Part shown: one piece after another, positions 39,114 to 47,778 of the stretch
Layout of the letters: every line of letters starts with the position of its first letter
Position numbering within the stretch: the first letter of the stretch is position 1
NCBI GenBank assembly: GCA_965247115.1
Contig: CBDFGR010000003.1
Coordinates: 1,312,001 to 1,376,000 of the forward strand
DNA: 64,000 nucleotides
Source: Myxococcota bacterium
GTDB lineage: Bacteria; Myxococcota_A; UBA9160; SZUA-336
Reading direction: 5' to 3'
Notes under the pieces: generated by a model
The model's input: only the letters and a program-made list of their open reading frames with translations
What the model was told of the DNA's origin: nothing
The model's database searches: none
Program-made: the position numbers and the translations under genes

Positions 39114-39261
39114 CCCGACTCCATGGCGAGGGCACCGGGTGCCCGCGTCAGCAGGGGGCCGTCTAGAATCGGAAACGCGCACGCGAAAGGCAACCCAGTG
39201 CAGTCGCTGTGCTACCTTGTACCGACGAGCCTCATCCCAGCCACTTGGGAGGAATTCGCCG

Positions 39262-39735
39262 ATGGCAGGCGTCAACAAGGTAATTCTCGTCGGACACCTA
39301 GGTCGCGACCCGGAGCTCCGGTACACGCAGAACGGACAGGCTGTCGCCAACTTCTCACTCGCCACCTCGGAGTCGTACTCGAAGCGAGACGGTGAGCGGG
39401 AGGAGCGAACGGAGTGGCACAGGATCGTCGCCTGGGGCCGCCTGGCCGAGATCTGCGGCGAGTACCTGAGCAAGGGCAGGCAGATCTACATCGAGGGACG
39501 CATCCAGACACGCGAATGGGAAGACCGCGAGGGAGAGAAGCGCCGCACCACCGAGATCGTAGCCCGCGAGATGCAGATGCTCGGCCGCCGCGGCGAGATC
39601 AACACCTCCTACGACGACTCGGGCACCAGCGCCTCCGACACCAGCGCCTCCGACACCAGCGCCTCGAGCACCACCCCCTCGAGCACCGCCGCCGACCCCG
39701 GCACACCTCCTCCAGACGACGACATCCCGTTCTAA
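39262..39735 (+). CDS. ssb: Single-stranded DNA-binding protein
   Basis: [22 protein letters not shown] and C-terminal DDDIPF; linker has a 15-bp repeat (TSASD). Confidence 0.97.
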   Translation: MAGVNKVILVGHLGRDPELRYTQNGQAVANFSLATSESYSKRDGEREERTEWHRIVAWGRLAEICGEYLSKGRQIYIEGRIQTREWEDREGEKRRTTEIVAREMQMLGRRGEINTSYDDSGTSASDTSASDTSASSTTPSSTAADPGTPPPDDDIPF

Positions 39736-39764
39736 CGAAGCTCGCGGAGTCCTAGCCTCACGCC

Positions 39765-39880
39765 GTCGGAGGCCGGGAAAACATCCCCGGGAGGACTCCG
39801 CTCCTTGCGTGCTCAGGGAATCAGCACGCCTCGAACACCGCTACCACAGTCCTCCGGGGGATGTTTTCCCGGCCTCCGAC
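39765..39880 (-). repeat. Hairpin repeat family B, copy 2
   Basis: GTCGGAGGCCGGGAAAACATCCCCGGGAGGACT...AGTCCTCCGGGGGATGTTTTCCCGGCCTCCGAC. Confidence 0.88.
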
Positions 39881-40011
39881 TACTTGCCGCCTCGGCGCCT
39901 ACCTGCAAGAAAGTGCCACGGGCCCGGATCGCAACTAATTCGTCCGGACACAAACGTTCCGGTTGAGCCCGGTCCCCCGATTCCGACCTCTGATTGGCAG
40001 GCTCGCAGGGA

Positions 40012-40125
40012 GTCGGAGGTCGGGAAACGTCCCTCGGAGGACTGTGGTAGCGGTGCCCGAGGCGAGCGAGCTCTCTGTGAACGCAGGGAGCGGAGTCCGC
40101 CGAGGAACGTTTCCCGACCTCCGGC
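40012..40125 (+). repeat. Hairpin repeat family B, copy 3, inverted relative to copy 2
   Basis: GTCGGAGGTCGGGAAACGTCCCTCGGAGGACTGTGGTAGCGGTG...GAGTCCGCCGAGGAACGTTTCCCGACCTCCGGC. Confidence 0.88.
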
Positions 40126-40150
40126 GGCGTGGGTCCGAGGTCCGGGAGCC

Positions 40151-40492
40151 CTAGTTCCGCTTTAGCTTCCGGACCAGTTCGTTGATGGTCTCGCGGACGT
40201 CGGGCTGGAGCTCCTGGAACTCGATGCCCATGCCGGGGAAGCCCTCGTCTTTTTCCTCGCTGATCCAGGCTACCCGGCCGGCGACCTGGATCGGGGTGTC
40301 CAGATCGGGAACCCGGAAGTAGAGCTGGACCACGGTGTCGATCTCGGAGGGAGAGTCGGTCTCGATGAAGACGCCGCCCTCGTTGATGTTTGCGCAGAAC
40401 TCCCCGAAGAACGCGTCGACGGCACTGTAGTCGACACGGACCTTCAACGGCTGTCGCTCAGACTGTCGGCGCTCGGACTTCTCCGAGGACAT
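40151..40492 (-). CDS. PilZ-domain protein (TIGR02266, myxobacterial type)
   Basis: RRQSER (RxxxR), NINEGGVFI and GMGIEF motifs. Confidence 0.88.
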   Translation of the reverse strand: MSSEKSERRQSERQPLKVRVDYSAVDAFFGEFCANINEGGVFIETDSPSEIDTVVQLYFRVPDLDTPIQVAGRVAWISEEKDEGFPGMGIEFQELQPDVRETINELVRKLKRN

Positions 40493-40544
40493 GCGCGCCT
40501 CCGGGCGGATACCAGGCTCCACCGCGTAGGATCGGCGCCAGTCG

Positions 40545-41231
40545 TCAGCCGCTTGAGACCTCGAGCCAGCCGCTGCGCGCGAAGCTCGCGAAGTCCTCCG
40601 CTCCGATCACGACGTGATCGAGGAGTCGGATCCCCAGCAGCTCGCCGGCCCGGGCCAGGCGGCGTGTGACCTCGTGGTCCTCCTGGCTGGGCAGCGGATC
40701 GCCGCTCGGGTGGTTGTGCAGCACCAGAATCGCAGCCGCGGATTCTCGGAGCGCCGGAGCGAAGACCTCACGCGGGTGGACCAGACTCTGGTTCAGGCTG
40801 CCGCGGCTGACCTCGACCTCGCCGATCAGACGCTGGCGGCTGTCCAGCAGCAGCGCATAGAAGAGCTCCTGGCGGCAGCGGCGCAGTCGTCCGCCAAAGT
40901 GCGAGAAGACCTGCTCGGGAGAGCCCAGCTTCTGGCCTGGCACCAGTGGGGCACGCGCGACCCGCGAGCCGAGCTCGAAGCCCGCACGCAGCGAGGCGAC
41001 TTTGGCCGGGCCCATCCCGGGGACACTGCGCAGCTCCGCCTCGCCCGCCCGTGAGATCCCTTCCAGGCTGCCGAAGCGTCGCATGAGCTCGTCTGCCAGC
41101 CGAGTGGCCGGGCAGCCGGGCGCCCCGGTGCGCAACACCAGAGCGACGAGCTCCGACGGAGAAAGAGTGCCGCTACCGGCGTGGAGCAGACGTTCCCGTG
41201 GCCGCTCCCGCAGTCCGCCTCGCAAGGGCAT
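40545..41231 (-). CDS. radC: RadC/UPF0758 JAB-domain protein
   Basis: RPRERLL, ELVALVLRTG, VHPREVF, HNHPSGDPLPS and LLDHVVI motifs. Confidence 0.94.
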   Translation of the reverse strand: MPLRGGLRERPRERLLHAGSGTLSPSELVALVLRTGAPGCPATRLADELMRRFGSLEGISRAGEAELRSVPGMGPAKVASLRAGFELGSRVARAPLVPGQKLGSPEQVFSHFGGRLRRCRQELFYALLLDSRQRLIGEVEVSRGSLNQSLVHPREVFAPALRESAAAILVLHNHPSGDPLPSQEDHEVTRRLARAGELLGIRLLDHVVIGAEDFASFARSGWLEVSSG

Positions 41232-41329
41232 CGCATCTGACTCTCTCGGGGCGAGCGAGCTTCCGAGCAACGAAGCGTGGGTGCGCTTGGCTGGGCGACG
41301 TCGTGGCGCCCTCGGAATGAATAGCAGAC

Positions 41330-41845
41330 CTACTCGTCGGGCCGCTCGTAGACGCCGCTCTTACCGCCGCTCTTTCGCACCAGGCGCACCCCCTCGAGCG
41401 TCATCCCCCGGTCGATCGACTTGCACATGTCGTAGACCGTGAGTGCGGCCGCGGAGACGGCCACCAGCGCCTCCATCTCGACGCCGGTGCGGGCGGTCAC
41501 GCGGACGCGGGCCTCGATGTCAATCGCTGGCAGCTCCTCGACGGGCGTGAACTCGACCTCGACCGCATCGAGCGGCAAGGGATGCGCAAGCGGGATCCAC
41601 TCCGAGGTGCGCTTGGCCGCCTGGATCCCCGCGATTCGAGCAACTCCGCGCACGTCGCCCTTCCTGGCAGAGCCCTCCACCACGGCCCGAAAGGCCTCCG
41701 GGGAGAGGAGCACGCGACCCCGTGCGACGGCCTCCCGCACGGTCACTTCCTTGGCTCCCACGTCCACCATCCGAGCGCGCCCCTCCGCATCGAAGTGGCT
41801 TCCGCGGGGCCCTCCCGGAGCGTTGCGCGAGCGAGAATCAGGCAC
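41330..41845 (-). CDS. moaC: Cyclic pyranopterin monophosphate synthase
   Basis: ARMVDVGAK, KGDV, IPLAHP, TGVEMEAL, YDMCKS and KSGGKSG motifs. Confidence 0.96.
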   Translation of the reverse strand: MPDSRSRNAPGGPRGSHFDAEGRARMVDVGAKEVTVREAVARGRVLLSPEAFRAVVEGSARKGDVRGVARIAGIQAAKRTSEWIPLAHPLPLDAVEVEFTPVEELPAIDIEARVRVTARTGVEMEALVAVSAAALTVYDMCKSIDRGMTLEGVRLVRKSGGKSGVYERPDE

Positions 41846-41927
41846 GTCCGAACACCGGTATGCGGAGGCTAATCGCCCCACAAGCGCCGGTCAACGCGTC
41901 CATTAAGGCGCATCCGGACGAAAGCCG

Positions 41928-43502
41928 ATGCTTTCAGCGAAGGAGTCGAGCCTCTCCTTGAATCAGATCCATCAGATCCGGCTTCTAGACTCCGCCGTTG
42001 GACAGGGCAACAAGGGAGAGGAGGCCCTGCGCTTCCGCGCTCCGGATGGAACCTACTACCTCGGCGACCAGGGTCTGGAGCACCTGCGCGGAGCTGGTGT
42101 TCCCTTCGAGGTGGTGCGGCAGGTGGAGGAAGCGGACGTGCCCGTCCGCTTCCTCCTGCCACACGACGGGGCCGTGCTCGATCCACCACCCGCCGACGTT
42201 CGCATGGCGGTCCTGGCACGCCTGCTCGCGGAGGAGCGAGCGGACGGCAGCGTGCACATCCGCTTCCTGGGGCGCAACCGGACCATTCCCGCTGACGCGT
42301 TCGTGCTGGACCGCTTCGCCGGAAGCCGCAGCTACGTCTGGCAGATGGTGCCGGCGGAGGAGGTCGAGCGACGGCAGGGTCTCGAGCAGCGCTTCTCCGC
42401 GATCCGCAGCCTCGTCTGCGCGGATGACGCGCGCGTCGTGCTGGCGCTCGGCTCGGGAGGCCTCAAGCTCTTCGCCCATGCGCCGGCGCTGCGGCTCTTC
42501 GAGGGGGTCGGCCTGGGCGAGCGGGTCGAGGAGATCTGGGGCTCTAGTGCGGGCGCTCTGGCTGGGCTGCTCTACAGCCACGGCTTCTCGCCACACGCCA
42601 TCGAGCAGCTGGGCTACGACCTCTACTCCGGCCGCTACCAGCTGGCTCTGCGGCCCTCGAAGCTGCAGCTCCTGCGCCATCTGCTGAGAGACGCGCTCAT
42701 GCCCTCGACCGGTACGGCGGCGGCAGGCTTCGTTGATGTTGCCCGCGGACTCTCAGGCATGCTGGACCGCTACTGCACGCAGGCGAGCTCGCGCCGTCCC
42801 TTCTACTGCACCGCCTTCAACCTGGCGGAGTGCCGACCCCAGGTGCTGACGCCCGAGGCGGTGCCGGAGCACCTGCAGGAGCTGATCATCCAGGCCGACC
42901 CGCGCGAGGCAGCCCTGGCTTCGGCAGCGGTTCCGCTCCTATTCGTGCCCAAGTTGATCCGTCATGAGGATGGAGAGACGGCCTACATCGATGGCTCGAC
43001 GACCGAGGACGTTCCCCTGTACTCGGCGCTGCGCAAGTTCGACCTCGATCGCGAGGCGGGGATCGAGTCCCGGCAGCGACTCGTCATCCTGTACGTCAAG
43101 CTCACGGGATCCCTCGAGGCCTACTCCACACGAACGGGACGCGTCGGTAAGTTCCGACTGCTCCAGACGGTCGCCGCAGCGGGCATCGAGACCATGCACC
43201 GGCGCGCCGTGTCGCTGGTCCAGCAGCGCGACGACGTTGAGCTGCTGGGGCTGGAGCTGGGCGACAACGCGGCCGACTTCTTCGATACCGCTCGCATTCC
43301 GCACTTCATCCGCGTGGCCAAAGAGTGCTTTCCAGCCCAGCTCGGTGAGATCGAGCGGAAGCTCCGGAGCCGCAACGAGCGGGGCGGGGAGCGAGGGAGC
43401 GCGCCCCGGCGCAGCTCGGCCCCGAGCGGAGGGCTCGCTAAGGTCTCGCCGTGGATGAGCCGCGTTTTCCGAAGAGCGTCGAAGCCGCAACAGAGCGGCT
43501 GA
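41928..43502 (+). CDS. Patatin-like phospholipase with unassigned N-terminal domain
   Basis: VLALGSGG, GSSAG nucleophile elbow, ASAAVP..F.P and YIDGS. Confidence 0.8.
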   Translation: MLSAKESSLSLNQIHQIRLLDSAVGQGNKGEEALRFRAPDGTYYLGDQGLEHLRGAGVPFEVVRQVEEADVPVRFLLPHDGAVLDPPPADVRMAVLARLLAEERADGSVHIRFLGRNRTIPADAFVLDRFAGSRSYVWQMVPAEEVERRQGLEQRFSAIRSLVCADDARVVLALGSGGLKLFAHAPALRLFEGVGLGERVEEIWGSSAGALAGLLYSHGFSPHAIEQLGYDLYSGRYQLALRPSKLQLLRHLLRDALMPSTGTAAAGFVDVARGLSGMLDRYCTQASSRRPFYCTAFNLAECRPQVLTPEAVPEHLQELIIQADPREAALASAAVPLLFVPKLIRHEDGETAYIDGSTTEDVPLYSALRKFDLDREAGIESRQRLVILYVKLTGSLEAYSTRTGRVGKFRLLQTVAAAGIETMHRRAVSLVQQRDDVELLGLELGDNAADFFDTARIPHFIRVAKECFPAQLGEIERKLRSRNERGGERGSAPRRSSAPSGGLAKVSPWMSRVFRRASKPQQSG

Positions 43503-44749
43503 CGAGTCGCGATCACCGCACCTGGGCGGTTGGCGGTGCACTCCGCGACGCACTCCTGGGGCGTCCACCGCGCGACTACGACTTCCTCGTCGCGTCGCCG
43601 CTCGAGGCGGCGCGCGCGGCGCTTTCCGAGGGCCGGATCATCCGCGCGCGCGAGACCGCGCTGCGCTTGCCCCGACGCGGGAATCGGCCACAGATCGAGA
43701 TCACATCGCTCACCGAGCGCGGTCACTCGCTGGAAGTCGACCTCCGCGGTCGCGAGTTCACGCTGAACGCGATTGCCTTCGACCTGCGTGACAGAGCCTG
43801 GTGTGATCCGACCGGAGGGATCTCGGATCTCGCCTCCCGGCTCCTGCGGGCGAGCGATCCGGAGCGGACGTTCCGGGCGGATCCGTTGCGCATCGTGCGC
43901 GGCCTGCGCCTGGCAGGAGAGCTGGGCCTCGAGGTGGAAAGCGCGACGGGCGTCGGGATGAGGCGCACCTCGTGGTGCCTGCACTGGGTCCCGGGGGAGC
44001 GGCTGCGCGAAGAGCTGTACCGGGTCTTGCGCCTTGCGAACGCCAGCAGCGTCCTCGAAGAGCTCCGTGCTTGCGGCGCGCTGGCCGTACTGCTTCCCGA
44101 GCTGCTTCGCAGCGTCGGCGTGCTCGTGCCAGGCTCGACGGGCGACGTCTATCGGATGTGCCTCGAGCTGTGCGACGCGCTTGCGCCTGCGCCGGAGCTT
44201 CGACTTGCGGGGTTGCTGCGCGGCGCCTCGGTGGCCGACTCGAAGCACTATCTGCCCCAACAGGGCGAGTTCCAGCTGCAGCGCGTGGAGCTGCACGGCG
44301 CCGCTCTGGTTCCCCCCGTCGCCGAGCGCCTGCGCCTGTCGAGGCGTCAGGCCCGCGCCCTGGAGACTCGCGTTCGCAGCCTACGGCGCGACCCCTCCGA
44401 TGCGCGGGGGATCCGCCGCATGCTCGAGCGAGCCGGTCGCGATACTCTGGGCGACCTCCTGGAGCTGCGCCGGGCCGAGCGCGCTCGAGGGGAGAACGAG
44501 GGGAGCCGGTCCGTCGAGTGGAAAGCGCTGGAGGCGCGCATCCGAGCCGTGGCTTCCGACTGGAAGCAACAGCCGCTCGCGATCGGGGGAAAGGACGTGG
44601 TGCAGACCCTGATGATCTCCGAGGGACCAGAGGTGGGTAGGTGGCTGCGCCGCCTCCGCTGGCGGGTCGTACAGCGTCCACACGAGAACGAGCGGGAGAG
44701 ACTCGTCGCCTGGCTCCGGCAGGCCCACCAACTCCGAAGAGCGAGCTAG
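43451..44749 (+). CDS. Class II tRNA nucleotidyltransferase / poly(A) polymerase family (possibly CC-adding)
   Basis: VGGALRDALLG..DYDF, DLRGREFTLNA, DPLRIVRGLR, ERLREEL and GPEVGR motifs. Confidence 0.85.
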   Translation: MDEPRFPKSVEAATERLTSRDHRTWAVGGALRDALLGRPPRDYDFLVASPLEAARAALSEGRIIRARETALRLPRRGNRPQIEITSLTERGHSLEVDLRGREFTLNAIAFDLRDRAWCDPTGGISDLASRLLRASDPERTFRADPLRIVRGLRLAGELGLEVESATGVGMRRTSWCLHWVPGERLREELYRVLRLANASSVLEELRACGALAVLLPELLRSVGVLVPGSTGDVYRMCLELCDALAPAPELRLAGLLRGASVADSKHYLPQQGEFQLQRVELHGAALVPPVAERLRLSRRQARALETRVRSLRRDPSDARGIRRMLERAGRDTLGDLLELRRAERARGENEGSRSVEWKALEARIRAVASDWKQQPLAIGGKDVVQTLMISEGPEVGRWLRRLRWRVVQRPHENERERLVAWLRQAHQLRRAS

Positions 44750-44750
44750 C

Positions 44751-45500
44751 GTGTACCCCGTCCTCTTCCGGATCGGATCGTTCGAGCTGTCGAGCTTCGG
44801 CGTCCTCGTCGCGCTCGCCATGCTCATCGGGACGAGTGTCGCCGCCAGGGCCTTCGAGGACGACGGCCTTCCCCGGGATGCCGCGTGGCGCGTGCTGACC
44901 TGGTGCATCGTGGGCGGGCTCGTCGGGTCGAAGCTCTGGTTCGTCGCCGAGCAGCTGTCCAGGTACCCCGGGACCTCACTGTTCGATCACCTGCTCTCCC
45001 GCGCGGGACTGACCTGGTACGGGGGTCTCTTGGGGGGTGCGCTCGGCGGGGCGCTCGGGCTTCGGGCGAACAGCATCCCCCAGCTCCGGGGCTTCAACGC
45101 GGCCGCGCCCGCAATGGCGTTGGGGCACGCGCTTGGACGCATCGGCTGCCTGCTCGTCGGCGACGACTACGGCAGGACCAGCGACGTTCCCTGGGCCATC
45201 GCCTTCCCACAGGGTACGCCGCCCACGGAGCTTCCCGTGCATCCGACCATGCTGTATGAGACCCTCTGGCTGCTGCCCGCCGCGGGCTGGCTGTGGCGTC
45301 GCCGACGCTCCTCGCCGTTTCTGTTCGGCGAGTACATGATCCTCACGGGAGCCGGCCGCTTCTGGATCGAGAGTCTGCGCACGAATCCGCCCGCGCTTTT
45401 CGGACTCACGAACGCCCAGATCGCCGCCGCGCTTCTGGTTCTGGTCGGGGCGGTAGGCTGGCTCGCTTTTCAGCGGAAGATCAGCGCTCCCGACGCCTAG
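44751..45500 (+). CDS. lgt: Prolipoprotein diacylglyceryl transferase
   Basis: GLTWYGG, GRIGC..GDDYG, HPTMLYE and RFWIESLR motifs. Confidence 0.93.
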   Translation: MYPVLFRIGSFELSSFGVLVALAMLIGTSVAARAFEDDGLPRDAAWRVLTWCIVGGLVGSKLWFVAEQLSRYPGTSLFDHLLSRAGLTWYGGLLGGALGGALGLRANSIPQLRGFNAAAPAMALGHALGRIGCLLVGDDYGRTSDVPWAIAFPQGTPPTELPVHPTMLYETLWLLPAAGWLWRRRRSSPFLFGEYMILTGAGRFWIESLRTNPPALFGLTNAQIAAALLVLVGAVGWLAFQRKISAPDA

Positions 45501-46420
45501 ACTGCCGGGGGGGCGACAGAGGCCGCGACGCGCAGAGCGCGCTCCGCCAGCTCGGAGTCTCCACCCTCCCGACTCTCACCGAGACTGCAGAGGACGCGGT
45601 GCGCCCGCTGGCTCCACAGGGCAGGCCGGTTGTGCACCGACGCCCAGGTCTCGAAGGCGTCCAGCGCGGAGCGAACGTCGCCCGCGTAATAGCTGGCCAT
45701 GCCGTGTGCAAAGGATCTGGCCGCCGTACAGGTCCGCGAGTCCCGGACTTCCGGATGGTCGAGCAGGACCTCCGCTTCGGAGAAGTGGCCGTTGTCGAGC
45801 AGGCTGTGGATCGCGAGCTCGAAGGCCCGCGCCGCCGAGCCGTAGACGTCCTCGAGCAGCGTGGCAAGTGGGGTGTCAAACACGCCCTCGGTCCGCGCCG
45901 GATCGTCGAGCAGGCTGCGCGCCACGGCGCCGCTCTCGGGCATGTGCCGAAGCACGATCAAGAGCTGGTCCCGTGTCTCGCGGAACAGCTCCTCAGTCTC
46001 CGACTCGGATTCGAGCATGCGACGTCGGCCCGCCTCGAACGCCTGCAGGAAGACCGCGGCGAGCGGGCCCGCGGCGCTGCCTTCCGCAATCAGGCGCTGC
46101 AGGCGCGGCTCGTACGTCGCTGTCGTGTAATAGCCCTCGCGGAACTTCATGCTCTCGTGAAAGAGCGCGCCGACGGCGAGGTCGAAGAGCTCCTCGGCTT
46201 GCACGTCGGCGTAGGGATGGGTGTCATCCTTGCGGAACAGGGCGTGACACTCCTCCTTGAGCCGAAAGAGAACGCTCCCCTCGTCCTGCTCGACGAGCCG
46301 GTCCACGTCCGTAAAGTCGAGCTCACCGGAAGCGAGCTTCTCGCCGATCTTCCTGGAGAGCACGAACGCCTCCATGAACTCGCGGACGATCTGGGCCACG
46401 CGCTGCGTTCGTCGCTCCAC
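45497..46420 (-). CDS. Hypothetical all-helical protein (TPR-like C-terminus)
   Basis: 307-aa ORF with natural composition filling the gap; LFRLKEECHALFR and FDLAVGALFHESMKFRE look conserved but I cannot assign them. Confidence 0.7.
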   Translation of the reverse strand: MERRTQRVAQIVREFMEAFVLSRKIGEKLASGELDFTDVDRLVEQDEGSVLFRLKEECHALFRKDDTHPYADVQAEELFDLAVGALFHESMKFREGYYTTATYEPRLQRLIAEGSAAGPLAAVFLQAFEAGRRRMLESESETEELFRETRDQLLIVLRHMPESGAVARSLLDDPARTEGVFDTPLATLLEDVYGSAARAFELAIHSLLDNGHFSEAEVLLDHPEVRDSRTCTAARSFAHGMASYYAGDVRSALDAFETWASVHNRPALWSQRAHRVLCSLGESREGGDSELAERALRVAASVAPPAV

Positions 46421-46488
46421 TAGACTCTGGACCCCATGCAGCCGCTCGCCTTCCCCTCGCCAGCAACGATATCAAATGCCCGAGCTCT

Positions 46489-47709
46489 GTGGAGCAGCCA
46501 CGCATGAACGGCAAGCCGGCACGCTCCCGCATCGCAGCGGCGGTGATCTTCACCACGATCCTGATCGACTTCATGGGCTTCAGCATCCTGCTGCCCGTAC
46601 TGCCGGAGTTTGTCCGCGACCTGGGAGAGGAGTCCTTTCACGTACCACTCATCACAGCGCTCTACGCCCTCGGGCTCGTACTCTTCCTTCCGCTGTGGGG
46701 ATATGTCTCGGACAGGGTGGGTCGTCGCCCGGTGCTGCTCGTCTCCCTGCTGGGAACCGCGTTCTCCTTCGTGCTGCTTGCCAGCTCCAACTCCCTCGAG
46801 TCGGTCTACCTGGCGCGCTTTCTCGGTGGCTTCTTCGGCGCGAGCATCGGCACCGCACAGGCGTACATGACCGATCTCACCGATGTCGAGACGCGTGCCG
46901 AGGGCATGGGACTGCTCGGAGCGGCCACTGGCCTGGGACTGGTGCTCGGTACGGCAGTGGGGGGGACACTCGCCTACGTCAACCCGACGCTCCCGTTCTG
47001 GGTCACGGCGGGCGTCGCCGCACTCAACTTCGGACTCGCAGCGTGGACCCTGCCCGAGTCCAGGGCGCCCGAGCCCGCCGCGGTTGGCTGGCAGGGCTTC
47101 GCGCGCGTGCTCGTTCCCGCACCGATACTCGTCGCCGCGAGCGTCCACAGCAACCAGACGCGTCTGTACCTGTACCTCTTCCTGCACATCTTCTTCGCGT
47201 TCTCCGCCATCGAAGCCATGTTCCCGCTCTTTGCCGAGGATCGGTTCGGCTGGAACGAGCTGCAGATCGGCCTGTTCATGGCAGTGATCGGCGCGGCCCT
47301 CGGCGCGACTCAAGGACTGGTCGTCGGTCGGCTGAGCCGCGCCTGGGGAGAGGGACCGACGACCGTCGCCGGCCTCGGCATCATGGCCGCATCGACGCTG
47401 TGCCTGTCGCTGTCGTACGAGCTCTCCTGGCTGCTCCTCTCCGGCCTCGGCCTGGCGGTTGGGGCCGGACTGGCGCTGCCCACGCTCACGAGCTTGTTCT
47501 CGCAGGTGTGTGGCGAGCACGAGGCGGGTGAGTACCTGAGCCAGAGCCAGGCCATGGTCCATACAGGCCGCACGATCGGCTCGCTCTGTTGGGGATGGGT
47601 GTTCTACACCGCCGGCGCGGGAGCGCCGTTCTTGTTCAGCGGCTTGAGCATGCTCGGCGCGCTGGTGATCGTCGTCGCGGGGGCGCGGGTCCTGCTACCC
47701 AAGCTCTGA
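46489..47709 (+). CDS. MFS transporter (TetA/DHA1-like)
   Basis: GYVSDRVGRRPVL motif A, ARFLGG, AQAYMTD; about 12 TM segments. Confidence 0.92.
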   Translation: MEQPRMNGKPARSRIAAAVIFTTILIDFMGFSILLPVLPEFVRDLGEESFHVPLITALYALGLVLFLPLWGYVSDRVGRRPVLLVSLLGTAFSFVLLASSNSLESVYLARFLGGFFGASIGTAQAYMTDLTDVETRAEGMGLLGAATGLGLVLGTAVGGTLAYVNPTLPFWVTAGVAALNFGLAAWTLPESRAPEPAAVGWQGFARVLVPAPILVAASVHSNQTRLYLYLFLHIFFAFSAIEAMFPLFAEDRFGWNELQIGLFMAVIGAALGATQGLVVGRLSRAWGEGPTTVAGLGIMAASTLCLSLSYELSWLLLSGLGLAVGAGLALPTLTSLFSQVCGEHEAGEYLSQSQAMVHTGRTIGSLCWGWVFYTAGAGAPFLFSGLSMLGALVIVVAGARVLLPKL

Positions 47710-47778
47710 GCGCAGGGATATCGTGTACCCTCGAAGGGCCCGACGGTGTGACCCGTGGGAGCAAACAGTGAGGAGATC

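Noticed and set aside
39140..39175. PafBC (RecA-NDp) type promoter at ssb or in the arc upstream region
   Set aside because: GTCAG/TGTCGG-like words are present but the spacing to TAnnnT does not fit, and no pafBC is in the window.
40545..41231. RadC JAB domain as a deconjugase for Pup or a marker of a mobile element
   Set aside because: It is the ordinary full-length chromosomal RadC, ~6 kb from the operon; Pup removal is performed by Dop.
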